Source: Ylistrum balloti | Taxonomy: Eukaryota | NCBI RefSeq assembly: GCF_031769215.1 | Contig: NW_026782326.1 | Coordinates: 779,432 to 843,431, forward strand | Length of the DNA stretch: 64,000 nt | Direction of reading: 5' to 3' | Shown: one piece after another, positions 37,411 through 50,129 of the stretch | How the letters are laid out: each line of letters starts with the position of its first letter | Position numbering within the stretch: position 1 is the first letter of the stretch | Notes under the pieces: generated by a model | Seen by the model: the letters and a program-made list of their open reading frames with translations, nothing else | What the model was told of the DNA's origin: nothing | Database searches by the model: none | Program-made: the position numbers and the translations under genes

Positions 37411-38087
37411 CTGGTTAAAAAGCAAAACAATCTAAACAAAAGAATTTTGTGAATTAATATTCCCCACTGACACAGTCTCACTAATATGCACCCATACCCA
37501 TATGAACCCATACCCAAAGTATGGAGCTCCAGTGCCTAGTATTAGAGGAGGTAGACCCCAGACAAACTTTTTCATTGCTGTAGGTCAAAGTTTCAAATGT
37601 AGTTAAGTGACCAACTTTTGATATTCAACACACCACATTACCAGGATGAACAAATGCATCCAGCATGAAGTTCCAGTGATAAGTAGTGTAAGAAATAGAG
37701 ACTGGACAAGGTAGCTGCAGGATGGAAGGACAGACAAACAACTGAATCAAATTATGACATACTACTAGTTAACCATAACTTGCACCAGAGGACAAGAAGA
37801 GTACATGCATACTGAACAATTTTCTAATGTCAAATATGTTTATAGGTAGTTGATGATTTTTCCTATGGCATCGAAACAGATATGACTGGATGGGATAATC
37901 TTTTTATTTTTAAAAAGGACATACACCTAAGCATAGTTAACATAAATTTTTGATTTCAGTATTTTAGCTCAGTTCATGCCAAGTAGAAAATTATCTTATG
38001 GAACAAAACATTCAAGATAATGTAAATGTCTCAGATAGACTTGGTCCAGTGCAGGTTTTCCCCTGATAATTTAAGCATGTGACATAC

Positions 38088-38222
38088 CTGAGTGGCCCTG
38101 CTAGGGTGTCTCTCCACCCACATGCGGGGAACATGAATTTCAGACAGACTGACCAGCAAAATAAATCCATCATCCAGTCTGGCATTCTTTGGAAGCTCCA
38201 CCACAGCCTTTGTTGCTGTTTT
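38088..38222 (-). CDS. PARP4-like: PARP4-like exon (VIT end) KTATKAVVELPKNARLDDGFILLVSLSEIHVPRMWVERHPSRATQ
   Basis: acceptor ttttatag| (38224-38223), donor CAG|gtatgtcac (38087-38086). Confidence 0.7.
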
Positions 38223-38415
38223 CTATAAAATAGCGAACAAAACAAAACGAAGGTTTCACAATTACATCTAGTACATGGTATTCTTATAGCTTAACCGGGG
38301 TAGACAAAATTGCTTGGTTTAGTCAATTTATAACGAAAAAAAATAGTAGCCATAACTATAAAAGTATCTATAATAACACCTGCAAAACACCTGATAAAAA
38401 ATAAGTATAACATAC

Positions 38416-38538
38416 CTTATATTTAACTTGATGTGTAGGGGACATCACACTGCGAATATCAAAAGGCATCTCCACAGAAACCTGCAGTGATAGGGATGAT
38501 CTGTCACCATCCTGGATCCTCAGCATGTCAAGGTCAAA
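38416..38538 (-). CDS. PARP4-like: PARP4-like exon (VIT) FDLDMLRIQDGDRSSLSLQVSVEMPFDIRSVMSPTHQVKYK
   Basis: acceptor ttttactcaaaag| (38540-38539), donor AAG|gtatgt (38415-38414); phase 0/0. Confidence 0.65.
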
Positions 38539-38810
38539 CTTTTGAGTAAAAGAAACAGTATCAATAGTTTTGAAACCTTGAGTTAATAAAACTTATCTCA
38601 GACTGAAGTACTCATGCCAAAATCAAAGCCCAGGTCTTGTCTGTAATAGACTAATAGCTAAACCATATATCAATAAAATAAGTGTTGGGGATATACAGGT
38701 ATCATTTAATACATACATGCTAAAATTCATGAAAAGTGACTTAAAATGTAAGATGCAGAATTAAGACAAGAAACTATAATAATGTGTAACCAGACAAGGC
38801 AATGACTTAC

Positions 38811-38976
38811 CTGAGTTGCCTGTGCCAGTGCTGTGTCCTTGACCCAGGGAGCAACTGAGGAAGGCACTCTGAAAGCAATACTTTCCCCCTCTACCTGCAG
38901 TTCTGTGATGTAGGTAATCTTGATCAGTACATCAGATTTTGGTGGCAGGTTACCAACACTGACTGTAAAAACATCC
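38811..38976 (-). CDS. PARP4-like: PARP4-like exon (VIT) DVFTVSVGNLPPK[frameshift]SDVLIKITYITELQVEGESIAFRVPSSVAPWVKDTALAQATQ
   Basis: acceptor ttgtccaacag| (38978-38977), donor CAG|gtaagtc (38810-38809); 166 nt, not a multiple of 3: A5 run 38947-38951 (plus ttttt) shifts frame between conserved FTVSVGNLPP and KSDVLIKITYITEL; alternative acceptor tgtttttacag| at 38964 gives an in-frame 153-nt exon. Confidence 0.55.
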
Positions 38977-38999
38977 TGTTGGACAAAAAGTCAATGTCA

Positions 39000-41900
39000 T
39001 GAAGACAAGGAGTCAATTTACTGCAGGCAAGAACTCAATCTACTGAAGACAAGGAGTCATTCTACTGAAGGCAAGAACTCAATCTACTGAAGACAAGGAG
39101 TCATTCTACTGAAGACAAGGAGTCATTCTAGTGAAGACAAGGAGTCATTCTACTGAAGACAAGGAGTCAATTTACTGCAGGCAAGAACTCAATCTACTGA
39201 AGACAAGGAGTCATTCTACTGCAGGCAAGAACTCAATCTACTGAAGACAAGGAGTCATTCTACTGCAGGCAAGAACTCAATCTACTGAAGACAAGGAGTC
39301 ATTCTACTGCAGGCAAGAACTCAATCTACTGAAGACAAGGAGTCATTCCACTGCAGGCAAGAACTCAATCTACTGAAGACAAGGAGTCATTCTACTGAAG
39401 ACAAGGAGTCATTCTAGTGAAGACAAGGAGTCATTCTACTGAAGACAAGGAGGCAATCTACTGAAGACAAGGAGTCATTCTACTGAAGACAAGGAGGCAA
39501 TCTACTGAAGACAAGGAGTCATTCTACTGCAGGCAAGAACTCAATCTACTGAAGACAAGGAGTCATTCCACTGCAGGCAAGAACTCAATCTACTGAAGAC
39601 AAGGAGTCATTCTACTGCAGGCAAGAACTCAATCTACTGAAGACAAGGAGTCATTCTACTGCAGGCAAGAAATCAATCTACTGAAGACAAGGAGTCATTC
39701 TACTGAAGACAAGGAGTCATTCTACTGCAGGCAAGAACTCAATCTACTGAAGACAAGGAGTCATTCCACTGCAGGCAAGAACTCAATCTACTGAAGACAA
39801 GGAGTCAATCTACTGAAGACAAGGAGTCATTCTACTGCAGGCAAGAACTCAATCTCATGAAGACAAGGAGTCATTCTACTGCAGGCAAGAACTCAATCTC
39901 ATGAAGACAAGGAGTCATTCTACTGCAGGCAAGAACTCAATCTACTGAAGACAAGGAGTCATTCTACTGCAGGCAAAAACTCAATCTACTGAAGACAAGG
40001 AGTCATTCTACTGAAGACAAGGAGTCATTCTAGTGAAGACAAGGAGTCATTCTACTGAAGACAAGGAGGCAATCTACTGAAGACAAGGAGTCATTCTACT
40101 GAAGACAAGGAGGCAATCTACTGAAGACAAGGAGTCATTCTACTGCAGGCAAGAACTCAATCTACTGAAGACAAGGAGTCATTCCACTGCAATAAAGAAC
40201 TCAATCTACTGAAGACAAGGAGTCATTCTACTGAAGACAAGGAGTCATTCTACTGCAGGCAAGACCTCAATCTACTGCAGGCAAGGAGTCATTCTACTGA
40301 AGACAAGGAGTCATTCTACTGCAGGCAAGGAGTCATTCTACTGCAGGCAAGAACTCAATCTACTGAAGACAAGGAGTCATTCTACTGCAGGCAAGAACTC
40401 AATCTACTGAAGACAAGGAGTCATTCTACTGAAGACAAGGAGTCATTCTAGTGAAGACAAGGAGTCATTCTACTGAAGACAAGGAGTCATTCTACTGCAG
40501 GCAAGAACTCAGTCTACTGAAGACAAGGAGTCATTCTACTGCAGGCAAGAACTCAATCTACTGAAGACAAGGAGTCATTCTACTGCAGGCAAGAACTCAA
40601 TCTACTGAAGACAAGGAGTCATTCTACTGAAGACAAGGAGTCATTCTACTGAAGACAAGGAGTCATTCTACTGCAGGCAAGAACTCAATCTACTGAAGAC
40701 AAGGAGTCATTCCACTGCAGGCAAGAACTCAATCTACTGAAGACAAGGAGTCATTCTACTGAAGACAAGGAGTCATTCTACTGCAGGCAAGAACTCAATC
40801 TACTGCAGGCAAGGAGTCATTCTACTGAAGACAAGGAGTCATTCTACTGCAGGCAAGAACTCAATCTACTGAAGACAAGGAGTCATTCTACTGAAGACAA
40901 TGAGTCATTCTACTGAAGACAAGGAGTCATTCTAGTGAAGACAAGGAGGCATTCTACTGAAGACAAGGAGGCAATCTACTGAAGACAAGGAGTCATTCTA
41001 CTGAAGACAAGGAGTCATTCTAGTGAAGACAAGGAGGCAATCTACTGAAGACAAGGAGTCATTCTACTGCAGGCAAGAACTCAATCTACTGCAGACAAGG
41101 AGTCAATCTACTGAAGACAAGGAGTCATTCTACTGCAGGCAAGAACACAATCTACTGAAGACAAGGAGTCATTCTACTGCAGGCAAGAACTCAATCTACT
41201 GAAGACAAGGAGTCATTCTACTGCAGGCAAGAACTCAATCTACTGAAGACAAGGAGTCATTCTACTGCAGGCAAGAACTCAATCTACTGAAGACAAGGAG
41301 TCATTCTACTGCAGGCAAGAACTCAATCTACTGCAGGCAAGGAGTCATTCTACTGAAGACAAGGAGTCATTCTACTGCAGGCAAGAACTCAATCTACTGA
41401 AGACAAGGAGTCATTCTACTGAAGACAATGAGTCATTCTACTGAAGACAAGGAGTCATTCTAGTGAAGACAAGGAGTCATTCTACTGAAGACAAGGAGGC
41501 AATCTACTGAAGACAAGGAGTCATTCTACTGCAGGCAAGAACACAATCTACTGAAGACAAGGAGTCATTCTACTGCAGGCAAGAACTCAATCTACTGAAG
41601 ACAAGGAGTCATTCTACTGCAGGCAAGAACTCAATCTACTGAAGACAAGGAGTCATTCTACTGCAGGCAAGAACTCAATCTACTGAAGACAAGGAGTCAT
41701 TCTACTGCAGGCAAGAACTCAATCTACTGAAGACAAGGAGTCATTCTACTGCAGGCAAGAACTCAATCTACTGAAGACAAGGAGTCATTCTACTGCAGAC
41801 AAGAACTCAATCTACTGAAGACAAGGAGTCATTCTACTGAAGACAAGGAGGCAATCTACTGCAGGCAAGAACTCAATCTACTGAAGACAAGGAGTCATTC

Positions 41901-42790
41901 TACTGCAGGCAAGAACTCAATCTACTGAAGACAAGGAGTCATTCTACTGAAGACAAGGAGTCATTCTAATGAAGACAAGGAGTCATTCTACTGAAGACAA
42001 GGAGGCAATCTACTGAAGACAAGGAGTCAATCTATTGCAGGCAAGAACTCAATCTACTGAAGACAAGGAGTCATTCTACTGAAGACAAGGAGTCATTCTA
42101 CTGCAGGCAAGACCTCAATCTACTGCAGGCAAGGAGTCATTCTACTGAAGACAAGGAGTCATTCTACTGCAGGCAAGGAGTCATTCTACTGCAGGCAAGA
42201 ACTCAATCTACTGAAGACAAGGAGTCATTCTACTGCAGGCAAGAACTCAATCTACTGAAGACAAAGAGTCATTCTACTGAAGACAAGGAGTCATTCTAGT
42301 GAAGACAAGGAGTCATTCTACTGAAGACAAGGAGTCATTCTACTGCAGGCAAGAACTCAGTCTACTGAAGACAAGGAGTCATTCTACTGCAGGCAAGAAC
42401 TCAATCTACTGAAGACAAGGAGTCATTCCACTGCAGGCAAGAACTCAATCTACTGAAGACAAGGAGTCAATCTACTGAAGACAAGGAGTCATTCTACTGC
42501 AGGCAAGAACTCAATCTACTGAAGACAAGGAGTCATTCTACTGAAGACAAGGAGTCATTCTAGTGAAGACAAGGAGTCATTCTACTGAAGACAAGGAGGC
42601 AATCTACTGAAGACAAGGAGTCAATCTACTGCAGGCAAGAACTCAATCTACTGAAGACAAGGAGTCATTCTACTGAAGACAAGGAGTCATTCTAGTGAAG
42701 ACAAGGAGTCATTCTACTGAAGACAAGGAGTCAATCTACTGAAGACAAGGAGTCATTCTACTGAAGACAAGGAGTCAATCTACTGAAGAT
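39000..42790. repeat. 3.8-kb intronic minisatellite built from two 22-bp subunits (ctgaagacaaggagtcattcta / ctgcaggcaagaactcaatcta) in irregular alternation
   Basis: continuous periodicity between VIT exons 43552 and 38976. Confidence 0.9.
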
Positions 42791-43551
42791 ATGGAGTACT
42801 GAAAACAATGAGTCAGCATAATAAAAGATGAAGTACAACCTATTGAGGACAAAAAACAGCCAACTGAAAGATCTCTACTTTAAGCTAAACAGAGATTATA
42901 GAGTATAGAATTTAACTTCTACTTATTGGTTCTATATAAGATTGATGCTTTCCCTACTCTTTCTTCTATACACAGTTTTATCCATGATTTTTTAGGATAT
43001 TGAGTCCTGTTTTTTCCTCTAGAATCAGCTCAAATTTTGATATCCCACTATATCTCTTACTATTAAGACCAACCTAAAGTTCGGAAATGGTGTTCTGAAC
43101 TTGCCTTAAACAATCCTACAAAAATCACAGCCTCAGAGTATAACTATTGAATGAAGCATGTGATTACATAGTTCAACCAGAGAAATGTTAATACTAATTT
43201 TGGGAAGCATCCGTCAACTACTTTCAGGCTAAATGGACGTATGTCAATATTTTCCCATAGTCTGGTCTCAAAACTGAACTGCCAATAAAAAAGTGTTATA
43301 AAGGAATATTCCATGTATTTGATTCTGTTTTCTTTTCTTTTTGCAATTGTATCATAATTGGAATCTACATCACACCTCAAAATATCTCATTGTACACAAG
43401 AAACAAGTCACAAATTTTTCATTGTCAAGTCATGATAATCTATCAACCTGTTGAATGTGAAGCAGAACATTTTCTTTTTCTTTCACTGTCAAGCTCCTCT
43501 TGCTGAGAAAACAGCTGGATCAATCAACTTAAATGTGATATATCAACTTAC

Positions 43552-43643
43552 TGGCTCTTCCTCGTCCATGAGGTAAGCACCATGTCCTTTACTGATAGCT
43601 TCTTTGTACTCCTTGTGGGCGGCCTTCTTCTCTTTAACCTCAC
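43552..43643 (-). CDS. PARP4-like: PARP4-like exon (VIT) EVKEKKAAHKEYKEAISKGHGAYLMDEEEP
   Basis: resembles ITIH VIT segment KEKAEAQ.QY..AVAKG..AGLV; acceptor ctattgtcag| (43645-43644), donor CCA|gtaagt (43551-43550). Confidence 0.7.
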
Positions 43644-44341
43644 CTGACAATAGATTTACCAATGTATAGCCATAGTCAAATGGTACCTCAAATAAAATTT
43701 CTCATTTGTGACATATCATATTTATTCTGTTGGATACCACCAGCCCCTGATGACAGTTGATTGCTCTGATTTTGGAAAGAACTCTTTTTCACCTCAAAAT
43801 CGACCTATTCAGGCATGTATCATAACTATTCTGATTATACAATATGTGAGTCCTGCAGATGAACATTCTCATGACAATAAAAAAACCAACATTTCTTTGC
43901 AATGGTATAGAGCAAAATTAGACATGACTGGGCTTATCACAAGGCAAGAGCTTTTTGCTAGATAACTGTGGTAAAACATGCTGTCATGAATGACATAATG
44001 TTGTAAAGCCATGAATAATTACAAACAATTCTCTACTTTTCAAAGCGTTGTGTCCAAATTACAATTTGACTAATATATATACACATATGGACAAAAAGGT
44101 TGAGGATAAATCCTTACTTTGTTATAAAAGTAACAAATTTTGCCAACTGGAACCCATTTAATTCTTTATCCATTTACATGCGAAAAACATATGAATTTAA
44201 TTAGTTATGGTCAAGGTAAATATCTGTTTAATGACACAAATCAATAAATCATTTTCAATGAGATACATGTATTAGAAAGCAAGTGTTTAACTTCTGTAAG
44301 AAAACCATTTTATTTACAAACAAACCCAATAGTGATCTCAC

Positions 44342-44468
44342 CAACAATGTGTTTTCCATTGATGAATGCTTCAAAGCCACAAACGACTGCTGTGTCGTCC
44401 AGGGGGAAGATGTACTTGGCTTCTATTGCTGAATCATTGTCGTTTCTATATTTCTGGAGCACGACCAC
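44342..44468 (-). CDS. PARP4-like: PARP4-like exon (VIT) VVVLQKYRNDNDSAIEAKYIFPLDDTAVVCGFEAFINGKHIV
   Basis: FPL..(T/S)A.V.GF.A.I.G motif of VIT (ITIH/VWA5A/PARP4); acceptor ttgtctgtag| (44470-44469); donor GTTG|gtgaga (44341-44340). Confidence 0.8.
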
Positions 44469-44619
44469 CTACAGACAAAGTTTCTCTGGTCAGTATATTC
44501 CGTTACCTAATGTTACAGATGACACACATATCATAAAGAGACAATATAATGTAGATCACAGTAAAACAATTAGTTTTAAGTATCTCATCTAACTCTCTTG
44601 TAAATTCTACAACACTGAC

Positions 44620-44747
44620 CTTGGCGACCATGTCCAGCATTCTGGCCCTGACATGGACACTCTTCAGAGGTACAGACTTTTTACCACCTATCAAGCCACC
44701 TGTGACTTTTTGGAGTGGATCTGGAATGCCTTTCACATCTGACAGGT
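44620..44747 (-). CDS. PARP4-like: PARP4-like exon (VIT domain start) LSDVKGIPDPLQKVTGGLIGGKKSVPLKSVHVRARMLDMVAK
   Basis: acceptor tttttttttag| (44749-44748); donor AAG|gtcagt; VIT N-terminal pattern PL.sv.v...i.g.va.v. Confidence 0.7.
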
Positions 44748-45357
44748 CTAAAAAAAATTATCAACAAAAAACATATATAACAATGAAAATGAGAAAATTA
44801 ATATCATTAAAATCTTTTCAAGTTGTTTGTAGACTTAACAGGTTCTTCCTTAAAGAAAGCCATTATTTTTACTTGTTCTCGAGAAATTTTAATTAAACGT
44901 AAATCTTCAGCATAGTTATATTAAATGATAATAGTCTCCCTTACTATCAGGATATAGTGTACAACTTCCATTCTGCATGTTTTTCCTTTGTATGTAATGG
45001 AACATATTGAAGATATTAGACAATGAAGCTAGTTCCTACTATTGTGAACTGATCTAGTAGACATCCATTTACAGTCTGGAAACTTTCTTTTGAACAGATT
45101 TTCTTAAGTATTACAGTGCGTAGTACTAATTAGTCAGCAAATTGCAGGCAAAGTAACGAATCATCTTATAATTGCATTATGTGAAGTTTCAGTCTGGTAT
45201 CTGCAAAAATGGAGATGTTAGGTTAAAGTTGGGTTGAATTTTGAGTTTGTTGTTAAACAGTGACACAACCTTTCCTTCCTGAAATAGGTACATGACACAC
45301 TGTACCTGATGTCCACAATGACAATAATACAGACCAGCAAAGTTAAGAAATGCTTAC

Positions 45358-45566
45358 CAACATTAGCGAGGTTTTGAGAGAGATGGTCATCTTCTGTATC
45401 TTTGTCACATTGTAGCGTAAGGGAGGGAAAAGACAGCACAGGATCCTCAGGGAGACAAAACTCCACTACATATCGTATCCTCTGCTGCCGTGGGCTGTAC
45501 ACCACATATTCATTGTCCTGATCAAGAACAAAGTGCCAGAAATTTAAGGACAATATTTCAACAAAA
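45358..45566 (-). CDS. PARP4-like: PARP4-like exon (end of catalytic domain) FVEILSLNFWHFVLDQDNEYVVYSPRQQRIRYVVEFCLPEDPVLSFPSLTLQCDKDTEDDHLSQNLANV
   Basis: NEYVVY...RYVVEF ~ PARP1 NEYIVYD..LKYLLKLKF; acceptor tacctgcag| ; donor GTTG|gtaagc. Confidence 0.7.
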
Positions 45567-46135
45567 CTGCAGGTAAACAAACAAAGGCAAAACATTTAAA
45601 AATACTGTCAAATATTAATAAACAGGTTCCTGGGAAAATCTAAAATAAAAGCTAACTCTGACACATACTTTAATAATTGAAGCTTCAAACTGCTCCTGGT
45701 TGAAGCATTAAGGTAAAATATTCAAGGTCATATAATGGAGGTCAAAGGTCACATGACATCAATGCATAGTACAATGTTATCAACAAACTATAAAGATAGA
45801 TAAATCAATGACTATAAGATTGTTTCCATTTATAGTTGTGACAGACTGGATCAGGGCTGTGACTGCTGATCTTATTTTCATTCTACTTTACTTTATCAGA
45901 TACCATGGAGGATCCTCTAAACATGTGCAGGTGCATCAAAATGTTTTCACCTAAAATGGTAACATTTAAAATGTAACAGAACCATTTTGTCCTTGTAAAT
46001 GAATAGATCTTTGGGGCAGGGCAAAGCAACTGAGGAACAAAGATGGTCAAAGGTAATTCATCTAACCAAGACTGAGAGTCCATTTATGACAAACAAAGCC
46101 TGCTAACCTCAAAATGACTGTTGATCTCTGATGAC

Positions 46136-46291
46136 CTTTTAACCCCATGGGTGCTATGGTAACCATTGGGAGGTGCTGTGAGGGAGGAGTCCGTAGTTGT
46201 ATAGGGACACTGTCGTCCCAGTGCCACATCACAGACCAGGAGGAGGCGACATCCGTACACAGAACTTGGAGCTGAATACTTGATACATTTG
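46136..46291 (-). CDS. PARP4-like: PARP4-like exon (PARP catalytic) KCIKYSAPSSVYGCRLLLVCDVALGRQCPYTTTDSSLTAPPNGYHSTHGVK
   Basis: LLLVCDVALG = PARP signature LLLCEVALG; acceptor ctgtttccag| (46293-46292); donor AAAAG|gtcatc (46135-46134). Confidence 0.8.
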
Positions 46292-46495
46292 CTGGAAACA
46301 GAATACTACATTGATAAAACTGATTAAAGGAGCACAGGCCTTAAAAATACAAGGTTAAGAAGATTCTAGATTTGACACATATCAAAATTCATCACAAAAA
46401 TTACTCCAAATTTTATCTTTATGGCTGGGATTCTTCTTAAAAGAAATTGATTTATTTATTTCTTAAAACCAATTTATAATTGATTTTTTTTTTAC

Positions 46496-46594
46496 CTTGC
46501 AGAATCAGAAAAATAGATTCCATGTCCCAGCAAGCCTCTGTCTGTCCGGGTCACTCCGTAGGAGCTTTCCACGAAGTTGGGTTTCAATAAACCA
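46496..46594 (-). CDS. PARP4-like: PARP4-like exon (PARP catalytic) GLLKPNFVESSYGVTRTDRGLLGHGIYFSDSA(S)
   Basis: GHGIYFSDSAS ~ PARP1 GKGIYFADMVSKS; acceptor atatccag| (46596-46595), donor CAAG|gtaaaaaa (46495-46494). Confidence 0.8.
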
Positions 46595-47492
46595 CTGGAT
46601 ATTAACAAAAATAATAATAATAAATAAAATCAAAACCGCATTTTTATTCTACAATCAAGAATAAAATTGTAGAAATGTAAAACTATCCACATTGAATGAT
46701 AAAATAAGACATACCATCAACTACATCAACTTAGCTTTTGCCAGAATTATCATCATCAGACATAAGGTTAGAAGTTGTAGACAATGGGAAATACCTGGGT
46801 GTTCTCATTAACAAGAACCTACATAAGGATGTAACATGGAGCAAACACATACATAAAGAAGACAGAAAGGTCAAAAACAAAGCTTTGCTTCATCCCAAGG
46901 AACATCTATTTGTACAACCGCCAAGTCTAGGACACCATGTACTGTATCCATGTTAGACTGACCTTGGTGTAAGTTGCACCCGTTTGGGATTCCAACCAAG
47001 CTGCAATCACTGTCGAGCTTGAAAAAATTCAGTGTAGGGCTGCTTGCTGTGTTTTTATTAACACTAGGACACTAGAATGTGCGACAGCCATACTCAAACA
47101 ACAAAGATGGGTATCACTTGACGAGCAAAGCTACGACTCACTATATGATATGAGATCAAGAACTAACTTGTTATTGTGGACACAAACCAGTAGTATCAGG
47201 CAGGAGACACAAGAACACAGAAAAACTGAAACTGTGACAGGAAAAATACAACAAAGAATCATATCATTACTCAGTATTCCCAAGACCTGCCAAGGAATGA
47301 AACAGACTCCCAGGAAAGGCAGCATCAACAGTCATGCTGAAGGAGTTTCCGTCAATCTTGATGGCCTAGTCCGGTCAAAATGCAACTGTTAGACCAATGC
47401 CATCAGTGTATAGAGTATCAACCTTTTAACTGTTTCCATTATATATTCCCTTTGAGAGTACAACTTTATCAATGGAAGGAAACAGAACTCAC

Positions 47493-47621
47493 CGGGACAT
47501 GATGCCAAGGAAGTTATGTGTAGAGGAAGCATGCATCAGTGATGTCACATTTCCAATATCAGACTGAAATTCCAGCTCCTCCAGAAAGCGACTAACGCTG
47601 TAGATGTTCCTCACCTCAACA
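47493..47621 (-). CDS. PARP4-like: PARP4-like exon (PARP catalytic, H-G-S region) VEVRNIYSVSRFLEELEFQSDIGNVTSLMHASSTHNFLGIMS(R)
   Basis: MHASSTHNFLGIMSRG aligns with PARP1 LWHGSRTTNFAGILSQG; acceptor ttgtctccacag| (47623-47622), donor CCCG|gtgagt (47492-47491). Confidence 0.8.
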
Positions 47622-48026
47622 CTGTGGAGACAAGACTAATTCAGTACTAAAAAGACACATCCATTAAACAGGTCTTTCCTGACATATACAGGAGAGAAGC
47701 AGTGAGAATTGTTTCTGTATGAATCGCATTGTGGAAAAATATTTTGTAATTCTGTCACAAATACATGGCTTGAAATACACTGTTACAGTGGTACTTGTTA
47801 AAATCAATACTTTCAGATGCAAGTTATCAAATTGCATAAGTCAAACAGAACGAGGAGCAAAGAAAATTTGGTCACACAATGTAAAATTTTAACTACTGTA
47901 ATCATCTGGCATTAAACAACTGCTCTGTAATTATCATCTCTGTGTACATAATAAGCATTGCTTTGTCACCTTAAAGTGCCCTAGAATGATTTTCATTGTC
48001 CTTGCTTCATTCAAGAACCACCTTAC

Positions 48027-48187
48027 CTTTCTGATGTCTCTGTCACCATTTCTGATATGTGTTGAAATTCCTTTGATGCTTTGTCGAGGCAGGTCACATG
48101 ACATCGAAGAGCTCTATATTTTGCATAGGTTGTTGCCTCACTGGACCAGTCTGTGGCCTCACTCACGCCCAAGATGTCATTTACAAG
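48027..48187 (-). CDS. PARP4-like: PARP4-like exon (reg/cat boundary) LVNDILGVSEATDWSSEATTYAKYRALRCHVTCLDKASKEFQHISEMVTETSE(S)
   Basis: acceptor ccccag| ; donor GAAAG|gtaagg (ORF-track stop TAA is inside the donor); phase 0 in, 2 out. Confidence 0.65.
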
Positions 48188-48539
48188 CTGGGGACAAAGA
48201 AAAAATTCCACCTTTTATGTGTGTATAAGACTGCAAAATGGAGAAGAATATGTCAGCGTCAATCTCAGACAAAGGCTTAAACAGAATTTATTGAAATCAT
48301 CACTTGTGTACTGATTTTGTTCAGGATATGACTTCTTTCCCTTTTCCAGCAGCCCAATTGCACCAAGAAGGGCCAAACCCTTTTCCCCACAACAATGCAT
48401 ATCTACAGTAGAGGCCTATGATAGCATCAGAATTTCAAGCTCAGATGAAGATTGGAAGTGTATGGTTTGAACCCTACCTGGAACAGATTTGTGTTTCTCA
48501 GGAAACTGATAAACAAAGTCCATCCAGGAAAATAAGATC

Positions 48540-49050
48540 ACAAGTTCCTGGACGGACTGTGATCTCAGTTTCCTGGACGGACTGTGATCACAGTTTCCTG
48601 GACGGACTGTGATCACAGTTTCCTGGACGGACTGTGATCACAGTTTCCTGGACGGACTGTGATCTCAGTTTCCTGGACGGACAGTGATCTCAGTTTCCTG
48701 GACGGACTGTGATCTCAGTTTCCTGGATGGACTGTGACCTCAGTTTCCTGGATGGACTGTGATCTCAGTTTCCTGGACGGACAGTGATCTCAGTTTCCTG
48801 GACGGACAGTGATCTCAGTTTCCTGGATAGACTGTGATCTCAGTTTCCTGGAAGGACAGTGATCTCAGTTTCCTGGACGGACTGTGATCTCAGTTTCCTG
48901 GATGGACTGTTATCTCAGTTTCCTGGACGGACTGTTATCTCAGTTTCCTGGATGGACTGTGACCTCAGTTTCCTGGACGGACTGTGATCACAGTTTCCTG
49001 GACGGACTGTGATCACAGTTTCCTGGATGGACTGTGATCCCAGTTTCCTG
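48540..49050. repeat. 25-bp tandem repeat (tttcctggacggactgtgatc(t/a)cag) x ~20
   Basis: direct periodicity in intron of PARP4-like gene. Confidence 0.9.
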
Positions 49051-49275
49051 GATAGGTAGTCACCAGGTCCTTAAAAGACAGCCTGTCTCAAATGACTCTG
49101 GCTGTTGGGGAGGCAATAAACCCCCACAGACAAGCAAAGAAAAACATTCTGTCAACCTAGATGTTCAGAGAAACCATTGTTCAGAAGACAGTTATATAGA
49201 TTTATCATGGAAACTCATTATAATGTCACGTTGATCCTAATTGTACATCAACACATTAGTCTCTGTGTGACAATA

Positions 49276-49452
49276 GGTACACAATTATCACTCACCTGAC
49301 ACAGGTCCTGTTTAGTAGAGATATCCTTAAGTGACATTGTATCTTTTTTGAATCCGTCTTTATGTGGCATGGCAGTGTAGAATTCCTCCAGCAAATCACT
49401 GATTACAGTGTTGTCTGCTGCTTCTGTTACAGCTGTCTTAAGTTGTGATAGT
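49276..49452 (-). CDS. PARP4-like: PARP4-like exon (PARP alpha-helical regulatory domain) VDEAEAVLSQLKTAVTEAADNTVISDLLEEFYTAMPHKDGFKKDTMSLKDISTKQDLCQ
   Basis: FYT.(I/M)PH motif of PARP regulatory domain; acceptor ..tatgtcag| (49454-49453; weak polypyrimidine tract), donor CAG|gtgagtg (49275-49274). Confidence 0.6.
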
Positions 49453-49800
49453 ACAGCCTCTGCTTCATCAACCTGACATAGTATATTATAGATTTATTTA
49501 GCTTTATTATTATTAGTTTACCAAACTACATTAAAAATCATAGCAAATTGATTTTTTCATAGAATTAGTTGATATACACATTTGCTTTGATCTTTGAATT
49601 TCAAAGTTGGTGTTTATCATTACATTTTTTCAAATGAAAATTATGGGTACATCAAGGCACAGGAAATCTGTGTTGATTGGGTCACAGTGACCTACGTACA
49701 AGTTTGCTGCTGACCTTTTGTCATTGACTAAGGTTTACTAAAGATTTTATGCTGTTTATTTAAATCTATTAATCAAGATATGATTTAACAAACACATTAC

Positions 49801-49938
49801 CTTGTCCTGTTTGATGTGCTGGAGTTTCATATCCAGTTGCATCTCTGCCTCATGACTTGCCTCTGCCCACACCAGTTCCACCAGCTGTCCGACATCTGGA
49901 CTGACTTCCGCTGTCAGGATACACAACTCGCCCAAAAG
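49801..49938 (-). CDS. PARP4-like: PARP4-like exon LLGELCILTAEVSPDVGQLVELVWAEASHEAEMQLDMKLQHIKQDK
   Basis: acceptor ttgtcacag| ; donor AAG|gtaatg; phase 0/0. Confidence 0.55.
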
Positions 49939-50129
49939 CTGTGACAAATACATTTATTTATAAAGTACACACACCTTTGGTGCAGAAAACATCCTGTCAT
50001 TTATGAGGTACCACACTGAATGTTTTTATACTCTTTTCTTTCTAAATAATTCTATTTCATTCATGAACATCAGCAATGTTTTAGTCAATGGTAAGTTAAC
50101 ATGGAGATTTTAGCAACTGGTTAGTTACC

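Noticed and set aside
48023-48025. In-frame TAA terminating ORF 48023-48211 (minus)
   Set aside because: The TAA is part of the GTAAGG donor. The exon continues in phase into the 47621 exon, so it is not a real stop.
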